The notes beneath the pieces were generated by a model. It did not search any database, was not told the origin of the DNA, and was given only the letters and a program-made list of their open reading frames with translations. A stretch of DNA of 64,000 nucleotides from Aquificaceae bacterium (GTDB lineage: Bacteria; Aquificota; Aquificia; Aquificales; Aquificaceae): the NCBI GenBank assembly GCA_041640635.1, contig JBEPZX010000006.1:16586-80585 (forward strand), given 5' to 3'. Position numbers and translations under genes: made by a program. Positions 13,645 through 25,395 of this stretch are shown in pieces; within the stretch, counting starts at the first letter, position 1; each line of letters opens with the position of its first letter.

Positions 13645-14907
13645 ATGAAAAAACTAATCTTAGCAACAGCTATCTTTGGCATGGTGGGCTTTTCTTTTGC
13701 CACAAATGGCGACAACCTCATAGGTGTTTCGCCAGCATCGAGGGGTATGGGTGGCATAGGCGTAGGTATGCCTGTAGGCGCAACGGATGCCATCTTCAGA
13801 AACCCCGCTTGGATGAGCTACTACAAAGGCTTTAATGTAAGCTTTGGTGGAATATTATTTTTGCCAGATGTTAAAGCCAAATTTGAAGCTGGGAATCCAG
13901 TGAACCAAAAAGCTTCAGCTTCCAGTGAAGCAAAGGTCTTTGTTGTGCCAGAGGTTGGTATAGTTAATCAGATAAATGATAAATTGACCTTTGGTATAGG
14001 TGCTTTCGGTGTATCTGGAATGGGTGTGGACTATAGAAATAAACATCAATTCTTCGGCAATATGCATACGACCTTCCAGTTTATGAGAATTATTCCTACA
14101 ATATCCTATAAGGTAAACGATGCGTTCTCTATAGCTGGCGCTCTGCATTTGGCATACGGCTCTTTGGATATGGGAGCGATTTTAGACCCTGATGGTCCTT
14201 TTAATCCTCAACCGCCATTCAACGCAGGTGGTGGTCAATCTCAAACCTACGGCTTGGGCTTCCAATTAGGTCTGGCTTACAACATGGGCGACTTTGTATA
14301 CGCAGGTCTAACTTACCAAAGCCCAGTGAATATGAAGTATAAGAGGGTCTTTAACAGTGACAACCAAAATGGTTTTGAAGACCTTAAGCTCACTCAACCC
14401 CAAGAAGTGGCACTGGGTTTGGGTGTAAAACCCATGAACAACCTAAAACTCGGTTTTGACATAAGGTGGATAAACTGGAGTGATGCAGACGGATACAAGC
14501 ACTTCCAATGGAAAGACCAGTGGGTATTTGGAGTAGGTGGTGAGTATAAACCTACACAAAAATTAGCCTTAAGAGCTGGTTACAACTATGGAAAATCTCC
14601 CATAAAGGGTGGTTATAAAGATAATCAGAATTGCAGAAATATACCTGACTTTAAACAATGCTTTAGCGATTTTCGAATTGCCTACTTTAACTTAGTAGGT
14701 TTTCCTGCAATTACAGAGCACCACGTAACGCTTGGACTTGGTTATGAGTTCACCAAAAACTTCTCCGTAGACCTTGCATACAAGCATGCCTTTGAAAAGA
14801 AGGTAAGAGCAAATTCAGTAGATCCTCAATTGATGAATGCACCTGTTGCTGTTGAAGCCAAAAACGCACAGGACGCTATTGCTGTAGGTATAAACTGGAA
14901 GTTCTAA
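13645..14907 (+). CDS. OmpP1/FadL-family outer-membrane beta-barrel channel
   Basis: Signal peptide, GMGG...NPA hatch motif, LRAGYNY, C-terminal WKF; GAGGAGG RBS. Confidence 0.87.
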   Translation: MKKLILATAIFGMVGFSFATNGDNLIGVSPASRGMGGIGVGMPVGATDAIFRNPAWMSYYKGFNVSFGGILFLPDVKAKFEAGNPVNQKASASSEAKVFVVPEVGIVNQINDKLTFGIGAFGVSGMGVDYRNKHQFFGNMHTTFQFMRIIPTISYKVNDAFSIAGALHLAYGSLDMGAILDPDGPFNPQPPFNAGGGQSQTYGLGFQLGLAYNMGDFVYAGLTYQSPVNMKYKRVFNSDNQNGFEDLKLTQPQEVALGLGVKPMNNLKLGFDIRWINWSDADGYKHFQWKDQWVFGVGGEYKPTQKLALRAGYNYGKSPIKGGYKDNQNCRNIPDFKQCFSDFRIAYFNLVGFPAITEHHVTLGLGYEFTKNFSVDLAYKHAFEKKVRANSVDPQLMNAPVAVEAKNAQDAIAVGINWKF

Positions 14908-14915
14908 ATTTTGCC

Positions 14916-14941
14916 AGCCCCCATACGTGGGCTTTATATTT
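14916..14941 (+). terminator. Probable intrinsic terminator after FadL-family gene
   Basis: AGCCC-ccatacgt-GGGCT hairpin followed by a T-rich tract between convergent genes. Confidence 0.55.
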
Positions 14942-14957
14942 TGCTAATTGATCTAAA

Positions 14958-16946
14958 TTAGGACTTTATGTACTCTAAAATACGACTTGCTATCTTTTCA
15001 TCTGTAAATCCAAAGTAATCCATAACTACATCGCCAGGTGCGGATCGACCGTAAGACTCTTGTGAAATAACCAAGCCTTTTAAACCTACATACTTGTACC
15101 AAAAGTCACCTTTTGCAGACTCTATGGCTACCCTCTTTTCTACCTCACTTGGAAGCACATACTCTTTGTATGCTTCACCTTGCATATCAAAAACTTGTGT
15201 GCACACCATATTTACAAGCCTTACCTTAATTCCTTTAGAAGACAGCAATTCACAAGCTTTTAAAGATGGATGTATTTCTGAACCGCTGGATATGAGTATC
15301 ACATCAGGTGTGCCTTCACAGTCGTAAAGTATGTAAGCTCCCTTTCTTGCTTCCTTGTGGCTTGGATATCTGTTTCTATCTATAATTCCAAGTTTTTGTC
15401 TGCTTAAGATTATAGCCGTTGGTCCGTCCTTTCTCTCTATCGCCATCTCCCATGCTACGCTTACCTCGTTGGCATCAGCGGGTCTAATTACCCAGAGATT
15501 AGGTATAAGCCTCAAGGAAGAAAGTTGTTCCACCGGTTGATGAGTTGGTCCATCTTCCCCAAGCCCGATAGAATCGTGAGTAAATAGGTAAATTACTTGC
15601 AAATGAGACATGGCAGCCATTCTGATGGATGGTCTCATGTAATCGGAAAACACTAAAAAGGTTCCACCGTAAGGAAGTATACCACCATGGTAAGCCATGC
15701 CGTTTAGTATTGTCCCCATTGCGTGTTCCCTTACACCAAAGTGTATGTTTCTTGCACTTGGGTTTTCACCTGAGAAATCCCCTTTACCATGTAGATACGT
15801 ATTGTTGGATTCTGAAAGGTCTGCTGAACCACCAAAGAGCACAGGTATGGCATCCGCTATAGCATTTAGAACCTTACCACTTGCTTGTCTGGTAGCCATA
15901 GCTTCGCTAAACACAGGAATTAGTTCTTTGTAGCTTTCCCCAAAGTTTTTATTGAAAGCTTTCATTAATTTTTCTGCTAGCTGAGGGTATTTTTGAGAGT
16001 ATCTTTTAAACAGCTCGTCCCACTCCTTTTGAATTCTTTGACCTTTTTCTATAACGGAGTTCCTATACTCTATAACCTCTTGAGGAACGTAAAATTCCTC
16101 TTCCGACCAGTTGCTGTTTCTCTTTGTTTTTAAAGCGTTCTCTTTCCCCAAAGGTGCACCGTGAGCACTGGCATCGTCCTGCTTAGGACTGCCATAGGCT
16201 AGATGAGTTCTTACGGATATAAAGGATGGCTTTTCCTTTTGTTCCAAGGCTCTTTGTATAGCCTTCTCTATAGCTTCCAAGTTGTAACCATCTTCTACGT
16301 GTTGCACATACCACCCAAAAGCCTCAAAACGCTTTAAAACATCTTCCGACCAAGCCAAAGATGTAGGTCCATCTATGGATACTCCGTTGTTGTCCCATAT
16401 AACTATAAGCTTGTTTAGTTTCCAGTGTCCTGCCAATTGAGCCACTTCACACGAAACACCTTCCATCAAATCCCCATCGCTCACCAAAGCAAAGGTATAG
16501 TGGTCTATTATCTGAAACTCTTCTCTGTTAAAGAGAGAAGCCAAATATTTCTCTGCCAAAGCCATACCAACTGCGTTACCTATTCCCTGTCCCAGAGGAC
16601 CCGTAGTTGCTTCTACACCCGGTGTCAAGCCAAACTCTGGATGACCAGGTGTTATGCTATTTAGCTGTCTAAAGTTCTTGATATCATCTAAGCTTATATC
16701 GTATCCCATTACGAAAAGCAAGGAGTAAAGCATTGCGCTTGCGTGTCCTGCAGACAGAACAAATCTGTCCCTGTTTATCCAATTGGGATTTTTTGGATTA
16801 AAGCGCAAAAACCTGTCAAAAATGATATAAGGAATATGGGAAGCGCCCAAAGGCATTCCTGGATGTCCCGATTTTGCCCTTTCTACAGCATCCAAACTTA
16901 AAAATCTTATAGTATTTACTATCATCCAATCTCTTTCTTTGTTCAT
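14958..16946 (-). CDS. tkt: Transketolase
   Basis: [43 protein letters not shown]. Confidence 0.97.
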   Translation of the reverse strand: MNKERDWMIVNTIRFLSLDAVERAKSGHPGMPLGASHIPYIIFDRFLRFNPKNPNWINRDRFVLSAGHASAMLYSLLFVMGYDISLDDIKNFRQLNSITPGHPEFGLTPGVEATTGPLGQGIGNAVGMALAEKYLASLFNREEFQIIDHYTFALVSDGDLMEGVSCEVAQLAGHWKLNKLIVIWDNNGVSIDGPTSLAWSEDVLKRFEAFGWYVQHVEDGYNLEAIEKAIQRALEQKEKPSFISVRTHLAYGSPKQDDASAHGAPLGKENALKTKRNSNWSEEEFYVPQEVIEYRNSVIEKGQRIQKEWDELFKRYSQKYPQLAEKLMKAFNKNFGESYKELIPVFSEAMATRQASGKVLNAIADAIPVLFGGSADLSESNNTYLHGKGDFSGENPSARNIHFGVREHAMGTILNGMAYHGGILPYGGTFLVFSDYMRPSIRMAAMSHLQVIYLFTHDSIGLGEDGPTHQPVEQLSSLRLIPNLWVIRPADANEVSVAWEMAIERKDGPTAIILSRQKLGIIDRNRYPSHKEARKGAYILYDCEGTPDVILISSGSEIHPSLKACELLSSKGIKVRLVNMVCTQVFDMQGEAYKEYVLPSEVEKRVAIESAKGDFWYKYVGLKGLVISQESYGRSAPGDVVMDYFGFTDEKIASRILEYIKS

Positions 16947-19219
16947 ACCTTTACGATCTCCTTTCTGAGATCTTTAGTCATCTCTACCATATTCTTAAGA
17001 GATGGAATTACTTCTTCCCACTTTCTTGTCTTTAGTCCACAATCGGGATTTACCCAAAGAATCTCTACTGGTAAAACACGCATACATCTTTCTATAACCA
17101 TCTTCATCTCTTCCTTTTCTGGTATAGCTGGTGAGTGTATATCGTAAACACCTATACCTATTTGTCTGTCCCACTCCTTAAAGCTTTCAAAAGCTGATAT
17201 GATTTCCCCTTTGCTTCTGGAAGCTTCTATAGAAATTACATCAAAGTCCATTTGGTATATATGCGCTATTATTTCGTTAAACTCCGAGTAACACATATGC
17301 GTGTGTATCTGTGTTTTTGCATCCGCTTTTGAGCAAAGCCTAAAAGCTTTTACAGCCCAAGAGAAGTAGTTTTCCCAGTCTCTTTTCTTTATAGGAGCAC
17401 CCTCTCTAAAGGCTGGCTCATCTATTTGCACAATCTTTATACCTGCCTTTTCTAAATCTTTTACCTCGTCCAGTATAGCTAAAGCTATTTGGTATGCTAT
17501 TTCGTCTTTTGGAACATCATCCCTGTAGTAACTCCAGTTGAGTATGGTAACTGGTCCAGTAAGCATTCCTTTAACTGGTTTTTGTGTGAGAGATTGAGCG
17601 TAAAGTATTTCCTTTAGAGTCATAGGTTCTACCCTAGAAACATCTCCATATATTATGGGTGGTCTGTATACTCTGGAACCATAAGAAAGTACCCAGCCGT
17701 GCTTCGTTGTTGCAATTCCATCCAGTTTTTCTGCAAAGAACTCTACCATATCAGTTCTTTCAAACTCACCATGTACCAAAACATCAAGTCCTATTTCTTC
17801 CTGTATCTGTATAACCTTTTGTATTTGTTCTCTTATAAAAGCTTCGTACTCTTCTTGCGAAATCTTTTGATTTCTATAGTCAGTTCTTTTTTTCCTAACT
17901 TCTTCAGTTTGAGGGAAAGATCCAATAGTGGTTGTAGGAAGAAGAGGGAGTTGAAGAATTTCTTGCTGAAGCTTAATCCTTTCTTGATAAGGAACGTCTC
18001 TTTGGAAATCCTTTTCTGTTAGAGCCTTGACCCTTTCCCTTACAACTGGATTTACTCCTATGTCTGCTTTAGAGAGCTTGTAACTCTCTTCTACGAGCCT
18101 TAAAGCGTTAGTATTTCCCTCAAAAGCTTCTTTTAACGTTGCCAGTTCTTGAAGCTTCTCTTTGGCAAAAGATAGTCTTTCTTTTAGTCCTTCAGGCAAA
18201 GCGTCTTCCACTTCTGCGGTTATTGGTAAATGGAACAATGGACACGAATTAGATATTACCAAGTCCTGAGTTACCTTAGCAAGCTCTTCCAAGAGATCCA
18301 ACTTTTCTCTTAAGTTTGCCTTCCATACCTGCCTACCGTTTACAATACCTGCTATGAGAGCTTTACCTTTTGGAAAACCATGTTGCATTATATTTTTTAG
18401 GTTTTCTTGGTTGGACACAAGGTCAAAGCACAGCCCTTTTACTGGAAGTTCTACATACCTTTGGTAATTGGAAACGCTGTCATAATAGGTAAGCACATAA
18501 ATATCCAAAGCTGAGCTTAATTTTTTGTATATTTCAGAAACCAAGTCCCACTCCCAATGGTTGAGTTCCATAACTAAAGCAGGGTCTTCCATTATAACGC
18601 TTTGCGCACCAGCTTCAGCTAGTTCTCCAAGCACACGTTGGTACACAGGCAAAAGTTTTTCTATTATACTTTCCATATCCTCTTTGCTCTCTACTTTAGA
18701 CATCTCAAAAATAGGTAATCCAGAACCATTTACCTTCTTGTAAGCCTTGGATAGTTTCAAAAAGGTAAAGGGAGCCACTAATTTAGGAAAGGTCTCAAAT
18801 CCTTTTTCTTTGAGTCTTTTGTAAGATTGATGAGGGAAGTTTTCAAGAAGTTTAAAGTCTACCTTCTCTATTTCTGGAACTAAGTAATGGTAATTGGTGT
18901 TGAAGTATTTAGTCATTTCTAAAGCATTTTTTCCTCTTGCCATTTGGAAGTATGTGTTCAATCCCTGGTATTCCCCGAATCTAGAAGGGATGGCACCAAC
19001 CATTACAGCGGCATCTAACATAAAATCGTAAAAGGATAGTTCATTGGAAGGTTTCATATCTATGTAATTGGAATAAGTTTGTACAATTTGAGTTTCTAAG
19101 TTATACATACCTTCCAAGAATTCCTCTTGTGAAATTTTACCTTTCCAAAAGTTTTCAAGCAGACTTTTGAACTCTCTCTTTTCTCCTAATTTTGGATAAC
19201 CATAGGCAAGTGTTTTCAT
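16943..19219 (-). CDS. metE: Cobalamin-independent methionine synthase
   Basis: [40 protein letters not shown]. Confidence 0.97.
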   Translation of the reverse strand: MKTLAYGYPKLGEKREFKSLLENFWKGKISQEEFLEGMYNLETQIVQTYSNYIDMKPSNELSFYDFMLDAAVMVGAIPSRFGEYQGLNTYFQMARGKNALEMTKYFNTNYHYLVPEIEKVDFKLLENFPHQSYKRLKEKGFETFPKLVAPFTFLKLSKAYKKVNGSGLPIFEMSKVESKEDMESIIEKLLPVYQRVLGELAEAGAQSVIMEDPALVMELNHWEWDLVSEIYKKLSSALDIYVLTYYDSVSNYQRYVELPVKGLCFDLVSNQENLKNIMQHGFPKGKALIAGIVNGRQVWKANLREKLDLLEELAKVTQDLVISNSCPLFHLPITAEVEDALPEGLKERLSFAKEKLQELATLKEAFEGNTNALRLVEESYKLSKADIGVNPVVRERVKALTEKDFQRDVPYQERIKLQQEILQLPLLPTTTIGSFPQTEEVRKKRTDYRNQKISQEEYEAFIREQIQKVIQIQEEIGLDVLVHGEFERTDMVEFFAEKLDGIATTKHGWVLSYGSRVYRPPIIYGDVSRVEPMTLKEILYAQSLTQKPVKGMLTGPVTILNWSYYRDDVPKDEIAYQIALAILDEVKDLEKAGIKIVQIDEPAFREGAPIKKRDWENYFSWAVKAFRLCSKADAKTQIHTHMCYSEFNEIIAHIYQMDFDVISIEASRSKGEIISAFESFKEWDRQIGIGVYDIHSPAIPEKEEMKMVIERCMRVLPVEILWVNPDCGLKTRKWEEVIPSLKNMVEMTKDLRKEIVKV

Positions 19220-19292
19220 GGAGAACCTCCTTGCAATTAAGGTAATCTATATTTTAATTCAATCCAAGGAGTTTTCAAAAACAAAGTACTTC

Positions 19293-20072
19293 CTATTCTA
19301 TAAAAAACACTTTTAGCGTGCTCTCTGCCTGTTTCAAGCTTTTCCTGTAAATTTGTTTGGCCATTTGCATACTCTCTTTCGAAGAACCTTTGGGTAAATT
19401 GCGCTCAAGTAGCCATTTTAAAAACTCACTTCTTGCTATCATGCTTGCTACAGAAACACTTACATGTTCTTCTGCCTTATGCTCAAAAATTACAAAAGAA
19501 CCAAAAGGGTTTGTGTGAGAATAAGCATCTACATATATTTTTGCCTTTTCGTAATCTTTCCTTAGCTCTTTTATAAGCTCCAAGTAAAGTTTATCCAATA
19601 TTCTGTTGAGGTTAGGTATAGACTTATATAACTCATTTAGTTCTTTTGGTGGAATTATTTTGCATCTGTGATCTACTAACATTTGTAGTTGCTGAGCTTT
19701 CTTCAGCAGAACATTGTCGGCTAATTTTTTGGAGTCCTTTGGAGCTATTTCCAGCACTTTTACATAATTTTCTGGTTTAATAACTGCGCAACAAACCACC
19801 AAAGGTCCAAAAACATCTCCTTTGCCTGCTTCATCACATCCTATCTCTATTTCATCAATAGGTTTTATCAATTCCAGTATTTTTTGATAAACCTCTTTTG
19901 TGTCTTTTTTATCAACAGCCAATATACCTGAAGGATAGAGCGTGACTATTGTTCCACCTTTTTCGAAAGACCAAATGGAGTTTTTTATTTGTCTTGGGAT
20001 GAATCCCATACCTTTTAGGGTGCTATATATGTTTTCCCAATCTTTTTTAGGTATTCTTAAGTGCTTCGACAT
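19293..20072 (-). CDS. rnhC: Ribonuclease HIII
   Basis: N-terminal TBP-like domain (VTLYPSG), IGCDEAGKGDVFGP, KDSKKL, ASMIAR. Confidence 0.85.
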   Translation of the reverse strand: MSKHLRIPKKDWENIYSTLKGMGFIPRQIKNSIWSFEKGGTIVTLYPSGILAVDKKDTKEVYQKILELIKPIDEIEIGCDEAGKGDVFGPLVVCCAVIKPENYVKVLEIAPKDSKKLADNVLLKKAQQLQMLVDHRCKIIPPKELNELYKSIPNLNRILDKLYLELIKELRKDYEKAKIYVDAYSHTNPFGSFVIFEHKAEEHVSVSVASMIARSEFLKWLLERNLPKGSSKESMQMAKQIYRKSLKQAESTLKVFFIE

Positions 20073-20968
20073 CTATTCAATTCTACCTTGATTAAGTATC
20101 TTATGATTATTTCCTCTCTATCCAGACACAGACAAGGATCTTCAAAGGGAATTGCATATGGAGATATTTCCAGTTTCTGTAACTCCTGAGAAGGCAAATT
20201 ATCTGAGCCCCCTAGTTTAGCCAATGTTCCACTTCTCTTTCTTCCTAATGCTAAAGTGGTTGACAAACCAAAACCTAAAAGCTTTAGGGCTTTTCTCACA
20301 GGCAAGGCACTTGTATAAGAAACCCAAATACCACTCTCATGCATAAGGTTTTTAATCCTTTCTAAAAAGTGGTAAGTCCAAAGCTCAGGATTTCTATAAG
20401 GAGAAAAACCATCGTGAAAAACCACGTGAGCACCGAAATTCTCAAGCTTTTGAATAGTCTCCCTTGCATCTCCCAAAAGCAGGTTAAAGTTTACACCATC
20501 CCAAGAAAAGGAAGGAAGAGAATCCAGTATTTTTTTATGTATCTCTGAAAAAGGCTCGGGAAGTATAGGTATACTTTCCAATACGTGTTTTTCAAATGAG
20601 TAAATTTCCACCTCACAGTTGGGATTTTCTTTTTTTATAAACCCCAAGGCAACTGCTACGTTGTAACCAAGACCAAAACCTACATCGATTATATTTATAA
20701 CCTTTTTCCTTTTCGCAAGCTCTTCTATACCAGAAGGTTTGATAAACTTTTCTATGGTTTCTTTAAGAGCTCCAGCGGTTATACTGTGATAAGGTTCCTT
20801 ATACTCCTTGCTAACAATAGTCCAACTTCCATCAAAGGTTAGCACTTTACCTTCCAGATTTACGGATGGTGCCGTTTTAGCAATAAACTCCTTTACTACT
20901 CTTTGCACCTGCTTTTCCTCCAACTTCACACCCAGCTTCTTGGATACCCTTTCCAAAACCTCTATCAT
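20057..20968 (-). CDS. mnmD: tRNA mnm5s2U34 methyltransferase, stand-alone MnmD (MnmC N-terminal domain)
   Basis: TFDGS...EPYHS, DVGFGLGYN, HDGFSPYRNPELW, GRKR. Confidence 0.85.
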   Translation of the reverse strand: MIEVLERVSKKLGVKLEEKQVQRVVKEFIAKTAPSVNLEGKVLTFDGSWTIVSKEYKEPYHSITAGALKETIEKFIKPSGIEELAKRKKVINIIDVGFGLGYNVAVALGFIKKENPNCEVEIYSFEKHVLESIPILPEPFSEIHKKILDSLPSFSWDGVNFNLLLGDARETIQKLENFGAHVVFHDGFSPYRNPELWTYHFLERIKNLMHESGIWVSYTSALPVRKALKLLGFGLSTTLALGRKRSGTLAKLGGSDNLPSQELQKLEISPYAIPFEDPCLCLDREEIIIRYLIKVELNRCRST

Positions 20969-20983
20969 TAGATTTTTTAAATT

Positions 20984-21763
20984 ATGCTCCTTTTCTACAG
21001 ACGTGGAGGACTTGGAGATACTTTGTTAACCTTTCCCATCCTTGAAAACTTAAAAAAGCTAAACAAAGAGATATTAGCAGTAGGAAATACAGATTACTTG
21101 GAAATTGCAAAAGAAATAGGATGGGCTGACCAGATAGCAAGTGAAATTCCCCCTAATTGGCAAGGTGAAAAAATTATCGTATCCTTAGATGGAAATGTAA
21201 AACCTTTTCCAGAAAAAAGGGAATGGATTGTGGAGTATTACCTAAAAGGTCTTGGGCTCAGTCTTTCCTTTTCTTACACGTTACCTATAAAAGGTCTAAA
21301 CAAAAGTCCTGTTGAAAACAAAGTGGTCTTACATCCAAGCAGTGGTTCAAAGAATAAGAATCCAAACCTTGAGCTTTTTTATAGAATAGAAAGTTTTTTA
21401 AAAAAAGAAGGACTAGACTACGTATACTTTATAGGTCCTGCAGATGAACACCTCAAAGGCTTGGTAAAACCTTACTGGGAAAGCTGTAAACCTTTAGAAG
21501 TTGCCAAAGCTTTGGTTAGTGCAAAACTATTTATTGGTTTAGATAGTGGCATTTCTCATCTGGCTTCTTACTGTGGTGTTCCTTGTTTTCTCTTTTACGG
21601 TCCCACAGATCATGTAGTTTGGAAACCCATAGGTAAGAAAACAAAAATTATTAGATTAAACCTGAGTTGTTCTCCCTGCTTTCCAAAGGTCTGCCAAGAA
21701 AAACATTGCCTTGACGTAGATGCGCTTTTTAAAGGATTTCTATCAGTTTATAAAAATTCATAG
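20984..21763 (+). CDS. Glycosyltransferase family 9 (heptosyltransferase-like)
   Basis: GGLGDTLL, LHPSSG, IGLDSGISHLA, YGPT, CSPC...C. Confidence 0.85.
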   Translation: MLLFYRRGGLGDTLLTFPILENLKKLNKEILAVGNTDYLEIAKEIGWADQIASEIPPNWQGEKIIVSLDGNVKPFPEKREWIVEYYLKGLGLSLSFSYTLPIKGLNKSPVENKVVLHPSSGSKNKNPNLELFYRIESFLKKEGLDYVYFIGPADEHLKGLVKPYWESCKPLEVAKALVSAKLFIGLDSGISHLASYCGVPCFLFYGPTDHVVWKPIGKKTKIIRLNLSCSPCFPKVCQEKHCLDVDALFKGFLSVYKNS

Positions 21764-21781
21764 AGACTATATTTATTAGTC

Positions 21782-23167
21782 ATGTTAGGAATATTAAGAA
21801 AGACAGCATTAGATAAACTTATAGAGGTTTTAGGTAAAAATAAAGTCAATACTTCCCTTGTAGAAAGAAAACTTTACTCTTACGATGCAACACCTATACC
21901 TATTCATAGAGAGGTCCCTATGGCTGTTGTTTTTCCGGAAACACACGAAGATGTAGAAAAGCTCGTTAAAGTTTGTTACCAAGAGGACATAGCCATGTTT
22001 CCCAGAGGAGCTGGTTCTGGACTTACGGGTGGAGCCGTTCCCACTACAAGCAAAGGCATAATTGTCTCTTTTGAAAAAATGACCAAGTTTCACATAGATG
22101 TAGATAACGCCACTGCTATAGTAGAACCTGGAGTTGTTACTTACGAACTCCAGCAGCATGTGGAAAAGTTGGGCTTGTTCTACCCACCAGATCCATCCTC
22201 CTTTAAATACTCCACAATTGGTGGAAATATAGCGGAAAATGCAGGAGGCCCCAGATGTTTAAAGTATGGTGTCACACGTGAGTACGTTTTAGGGCTGACA
22301 GCGGTTATAAAAGAAGGCAAGACCTTAAAGACAGGTAATCCCGTTATAAAGGATGTGGCTGGATACGACATAACAAGACTTTTAGTAGGTTCAGAAGGCA
22401 CGTTAGGTTTGGTAACGTCAGCTGTTCTGAAGCTTATACCCAAACCTAAAGCTAGACTAACGGCGCTTGCAATTTTTAATGACTTAAAAAAAGTCGGAGA
22501 AGCTGTAACAAAAATTATGACCTCTGGTATATTCCCTTCCGCTTTGGAGTTTATGGACAAGGATGCTATAGCTGCTGTAGAAAAATACAAATCTGTAGGT
22601 CTTCCCAACGCTGAGGCTTTACTTCTCATAGAAGTGGATGGCTCACCGGAAAGCGTAAAGAGTGATATCGCCTCCTTAGAATCTCTGCTAAAAGCTATGG
22701 GAGTTGAGATAAAACTTTCAAATACTCAAGAGGAAGCAGAAAAGCTTTGGACAGCACGTAAAAATCTTGGTCCAGCTTTAGGTAACCTCAAATCTGGCAA
22801 AATAAACGAAGATATAGTTATACCAAGAACTTATCTTGCAGAAGCTATACCAAAAATAAGAGAAATTGCAAAGGAATATGACCTTACTATGGTGATATTT
22901 GGTCACATCGGTGATGGCAATTTGCATGTGAACTTCTTATACGATAAGAAAAACAAAGACGAAGAGCACAGAGCGGAAATGGCAGTGGATAAGGTTTTTG
23001 AACTTGCACTCTATTATCACGGTTCTATAACAGGAGAGCATGGCGTAGGACTCACCAAGAAGAAGTTTTTAAGTTGGCAATTAAGAGATGTTGGTATGGA
23101 TATTCTGAGAGGAATAAAGCAGGTATTTGACCCCAAAAACCTGTTCAATCCTGGTAAAGTATTGTAA
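21782..23167 (+). CDS. glcD: FAD-linked glycolate/D-lactate dehydrogenase subunit (GlcD-like)
   Basis: PRGAGSGLTGG, YPPDPSS, NAGGPRCLKYG, GSEGTLG, GHIGDGNLH, TGEHGVG, NPGK. Confidence 0.88.
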   Translation: MLGILRKTALDKLIEVLGKNKVNTSLVERKLYSYDATPIPIHREVPMAVVFPETHEDVEKLVKVCYQEDIAMFPRGAGSGLTGGAVPTTSKGIIVSFEKMTKFHIDVDNATAIVEPGVVTYELQQHVEKLGLFYPPDPSSFKYSTIGGNIAENAGGPRCLKYGVTREYVLGLTAVIKEGKTLKTGNPVIKDVAGYDITRLLVGSEGTLGLVTSAVLKLIPKPKARLTALAIFNDLKKVGEAVTKIMTSGIFPSALEFMDKDAIAAVEKYKSVGLPNAEALLLIEVDGSPESVKSDIASLESLLKAMGVEIKLSNTQEEAEKLWTARKNLGPALGNLKSGKINEDIVIPRTYLAEAIPKIREIAKEYDLTMVIFGHIGDGNLHVNFLYDKKNKDEEHRAEMAVDKVFELALYYHGSITGEHGVGLTKKKFLSWQLRDVGMDILRGIKQVFDPKNLFNPGKVL

Positions 23168-23190
23168 AATTATTGTTGGGAGGTGAAAAA

Positions 23191-24036
23191 ATGGAATTTT
23201 TAGGAAAAAGTGATTCTCCTCTTACCTTTGACGAATGGGGATCTTTGGAATCAGCTATTATAGAAGTAGCAAAAAAGAGCTTAGTATGTAGAAGATTTAT
23301 ACCAGTTACTGGTCCTATAGGCGTAGGTCATCAGGTGGTAGCTTACGATGTTTATTACGGTGTAGAGCCCGGAAGTTGCGAAGTAAAACCTGGTGAAGAA
23401 GCTCAAAGTTGCGAACCTGTAAGAGTTGGAACAAGAAAGTATGTAACTATGCCCACAATATATAAACCCTTTGCTATAACTTGGCGGGACTTAGAGTACT
23501 ATAGACAATTTAACCTTCCTATAGATACATCTACAGCGGCAGCAGCAGCCTTTGCAACTGCCGTAGCGGAAGATAGCCTCATAATTCATGGTGACAAAAG
23601 ATTGGAGATAGAAGGTCTATTAAGTGTGGATGGTCACCAAAGTATGTCTATGAGCGATTGGGATGTTGTAGGTAACGCTTTTGGGGATATATCTTTAGGT
23701 ATAGCTAAATTATCGGAAGCAGGGTTCTTTGGTCCTTATTACTTACTGTTAAATCCAAAGGACTACTTTAAATTAAATAGAGCCTACCATAATACTGGAC
23801 TCTTGGAAATTGAGCAAATAAAAAAGGTGGTTTCTGATGTTTTATACACACCAATAATGCCTCAAGGTCAGGCTGTACTACTTTCCTCTGGGCCTCAGAA
23901 TATAGATATAGTAGTTGGTCTAGACATAAGCTTGGCTTATGTGGAAAGCTCCAATATGGTTCATTACTTTAGGGTGATGGAAATCGTTGTCCCACGGATA
24001 AAGCGCCCTGGCAGTATTTTGGTGATTGGCAAATAA
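23191..24036 (+). CDS. Family 1 encapsulin shell protein (Linocin M18/HK97 fold)
   Basis: FLGKSDSPLT..EW, LVCRRFIPVTGP.G, AVAEDSLIIHG, GPY.L.L, DIVVGLDISLAY; ATG 23191 behind GGAGGTG. Confidence 0.9.
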   Translation: MEFLGKSDSPLTFDEWGSLESAIIEVAKKSLVCRRFIPVTGPIGVGHQVVAYDVYYGVEPGSCEVKPGEEAQSCEPVRVGTRKYVTMPTIYKPFAITWRDLEYYRQFNLPIDTSTAAAAAFATAVAEDSLIIHGDKRLEIEGLLSVDGHQSMSMSDWDVVGNAFGDISLGIAKLSEAGFFGPYYLLLNPKDYFKLNRAYHNTGLLEIEQIKKVVSDVLYTPIMPQGQAVLLSSGPQNIDIVVGLDISLAYVESSNMVHYFRVMEIVVPRIKRPGSILVIGK

Positions 24037-24087
24037 ATATGTTATAATTTAAATCATACTTTTTTCAAAAACCTTACGGGGGTAAGC

Positions 24088-25386
24088 ATGAATTTATACG
24101 AGTATGAAGCCTACGAAAAGATATTCAAAAAGTATGGGATACCTACACCGCGTTTTATGTTTGCAGATCACGTGAATGACGAAATAGTAAACTTTGTAAA
24201 TCAATTGGGAACATGTGTTGTTAAATCGCAAGTTTTGGTCGGCAAAAGAGGAAAGGCAGGAGCAGTAAAAGTTTGCAAAACACCAGAAGAAGCAGTAGAA
24301 ACTATTGAATCTCTTCTCCATTACCCCGTATACGGCGAAATGCCTGTAGGTGTTATAGTATCTGAAAAAGCGAACATACAAAAAGAGCTTTACGCTTCTA
24401 TTACTTACTCTACAGAGGTAAGGGCTCCAGTTTTGACACTAAGTTTAGAGGGTGGAATGGATATAGAAGAAGTTCCACCTGAAAAAGTACGTTCATGGAC
24501 TATAGATCCTCTCAAGGGTTTATATCCTCATATGGTTAGGAATTATCTTCTTGAGCTAAGTTTCCCCCAAGAATACATGGGTGTTCTTAGGGAATTATCC
24601 GAAGTTGTATCTAATATGTACAAAGCTTTCTGGGAAGCCGAAGCTAGGCTTTTAGAAATTAACCCTTTGGCTATATGTGACGTAAATGGTAAACAAAAGG
24701 TAATGGCTCTCGATGCCGTTGTAACTATAGATGACGATGCTTCTGTACCCCCTGCTAAGATATACGGTGTAAGAACGGCAATGAAGAGACCACCAACAGA
24801 AAGGGAAATTGAAGCTTCGCTTATAGACAGAGATGACCACAGAGGAAAGGCAGGTTCCTATGTAGAGGTTGATGGTGATATAGCTATGATGACTTTTGGA
24901 GGAGGAGGTTCTACTGTTACTATAGAAACTACCTATGCTATGGGACTAAAACCTGCCAACTTCACAGATATAGGAGGAAACCCTCCCGCTGAAAAGATGT
25001 ATAAAATTACAAAAATTATTCTTTCTAAACCTGGTATAAGAGGAGTGCTCGTTTGCGGAGGTACAGCAAACAATACACGTATAGATGTTACATTAGGTGA
25101 AGGTGTAGCCAATGCCATAAGGGATCTGTACAAAGAAGGAAAGCTAAACCCTGATTGGATATGGGTTGTAAGGAGAAATGGACCTGAAGCAGAAAAAGGG
25201 TTATACATGCTGTATCAAGCGATGAAGGAATGCAATGTAAAAGCAGAAATATACGATTCTTCTTTGCCATTAACTGAAGCACCCATCAGACTAAAGGAGA
25301 TTTTAGATAGGTGTGAATCAATAAAGGAGAAAGCTAGGGAAGATAGGCCTCTAACAGAAGAGCAAGCTAAAGACCTTGGCATATAG
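24088..25386 (+). CDS. ccsA: Citryl-CoA synthetase large subunit (reverse TCA cycle)
   Basis: SucC-like ATP-grasp fold (VVKSQVLVGKRGKAG, LEINPL) with FGGGGS and GGTANNT, as in Aquificaceae Ccs. Confidence 0.88.
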   Translation: MNLYEYEAYEKIFKKYGIPTPRFMFADHVNDEIVNFVNQLGTCVVKSQVLVGKRGKAGAVKVCKTPEEAVETIESLLHYPVYGEMPVGVIVSEKANIQKELYASITYSTEVRAPVLTLSLEGGMDIEEVPPEKVRSWTIDPLKGLYPHMVRNYLLELSFPQEYMGVLRELSEVVSNMYKAFWEAEARLLEINPLAICDVNGKQKVMALDAVVTIDDDASVPPAKIYGVRTAMKRPPTEREIEASLIDRDDHRGKAGSYVEVDGDIAMMTFGGGGSTVTIETTYAMGLKPANFTDIGGNPPAEKMYKITKIILSKPGIRGVLVCGGTANNTRIDVTLGEGVANAIRDLYKEGKLNPDWIWVVRRNGPEAEKGLYMLYQAMKECNVKAEIYDSSLPLTEAPIRLKEILDRCESIKEKAREDRPLTEEQAKDLGI

Positions 25387-25395
25387 GAGGAAAGT

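Noticed and set aside
19220..19292. SAM or cobalamin riboswitch upstream of metE (and Moco riboswitch upstream of moeA)
   Set aside because: Gaps are short and AT-rich with no conserved aptamer core
23191..24036. HK97-fold protein as a prophage capsid
   Set aside because: No terminase, portal, protease or tail genes; motifs fit encapsulin
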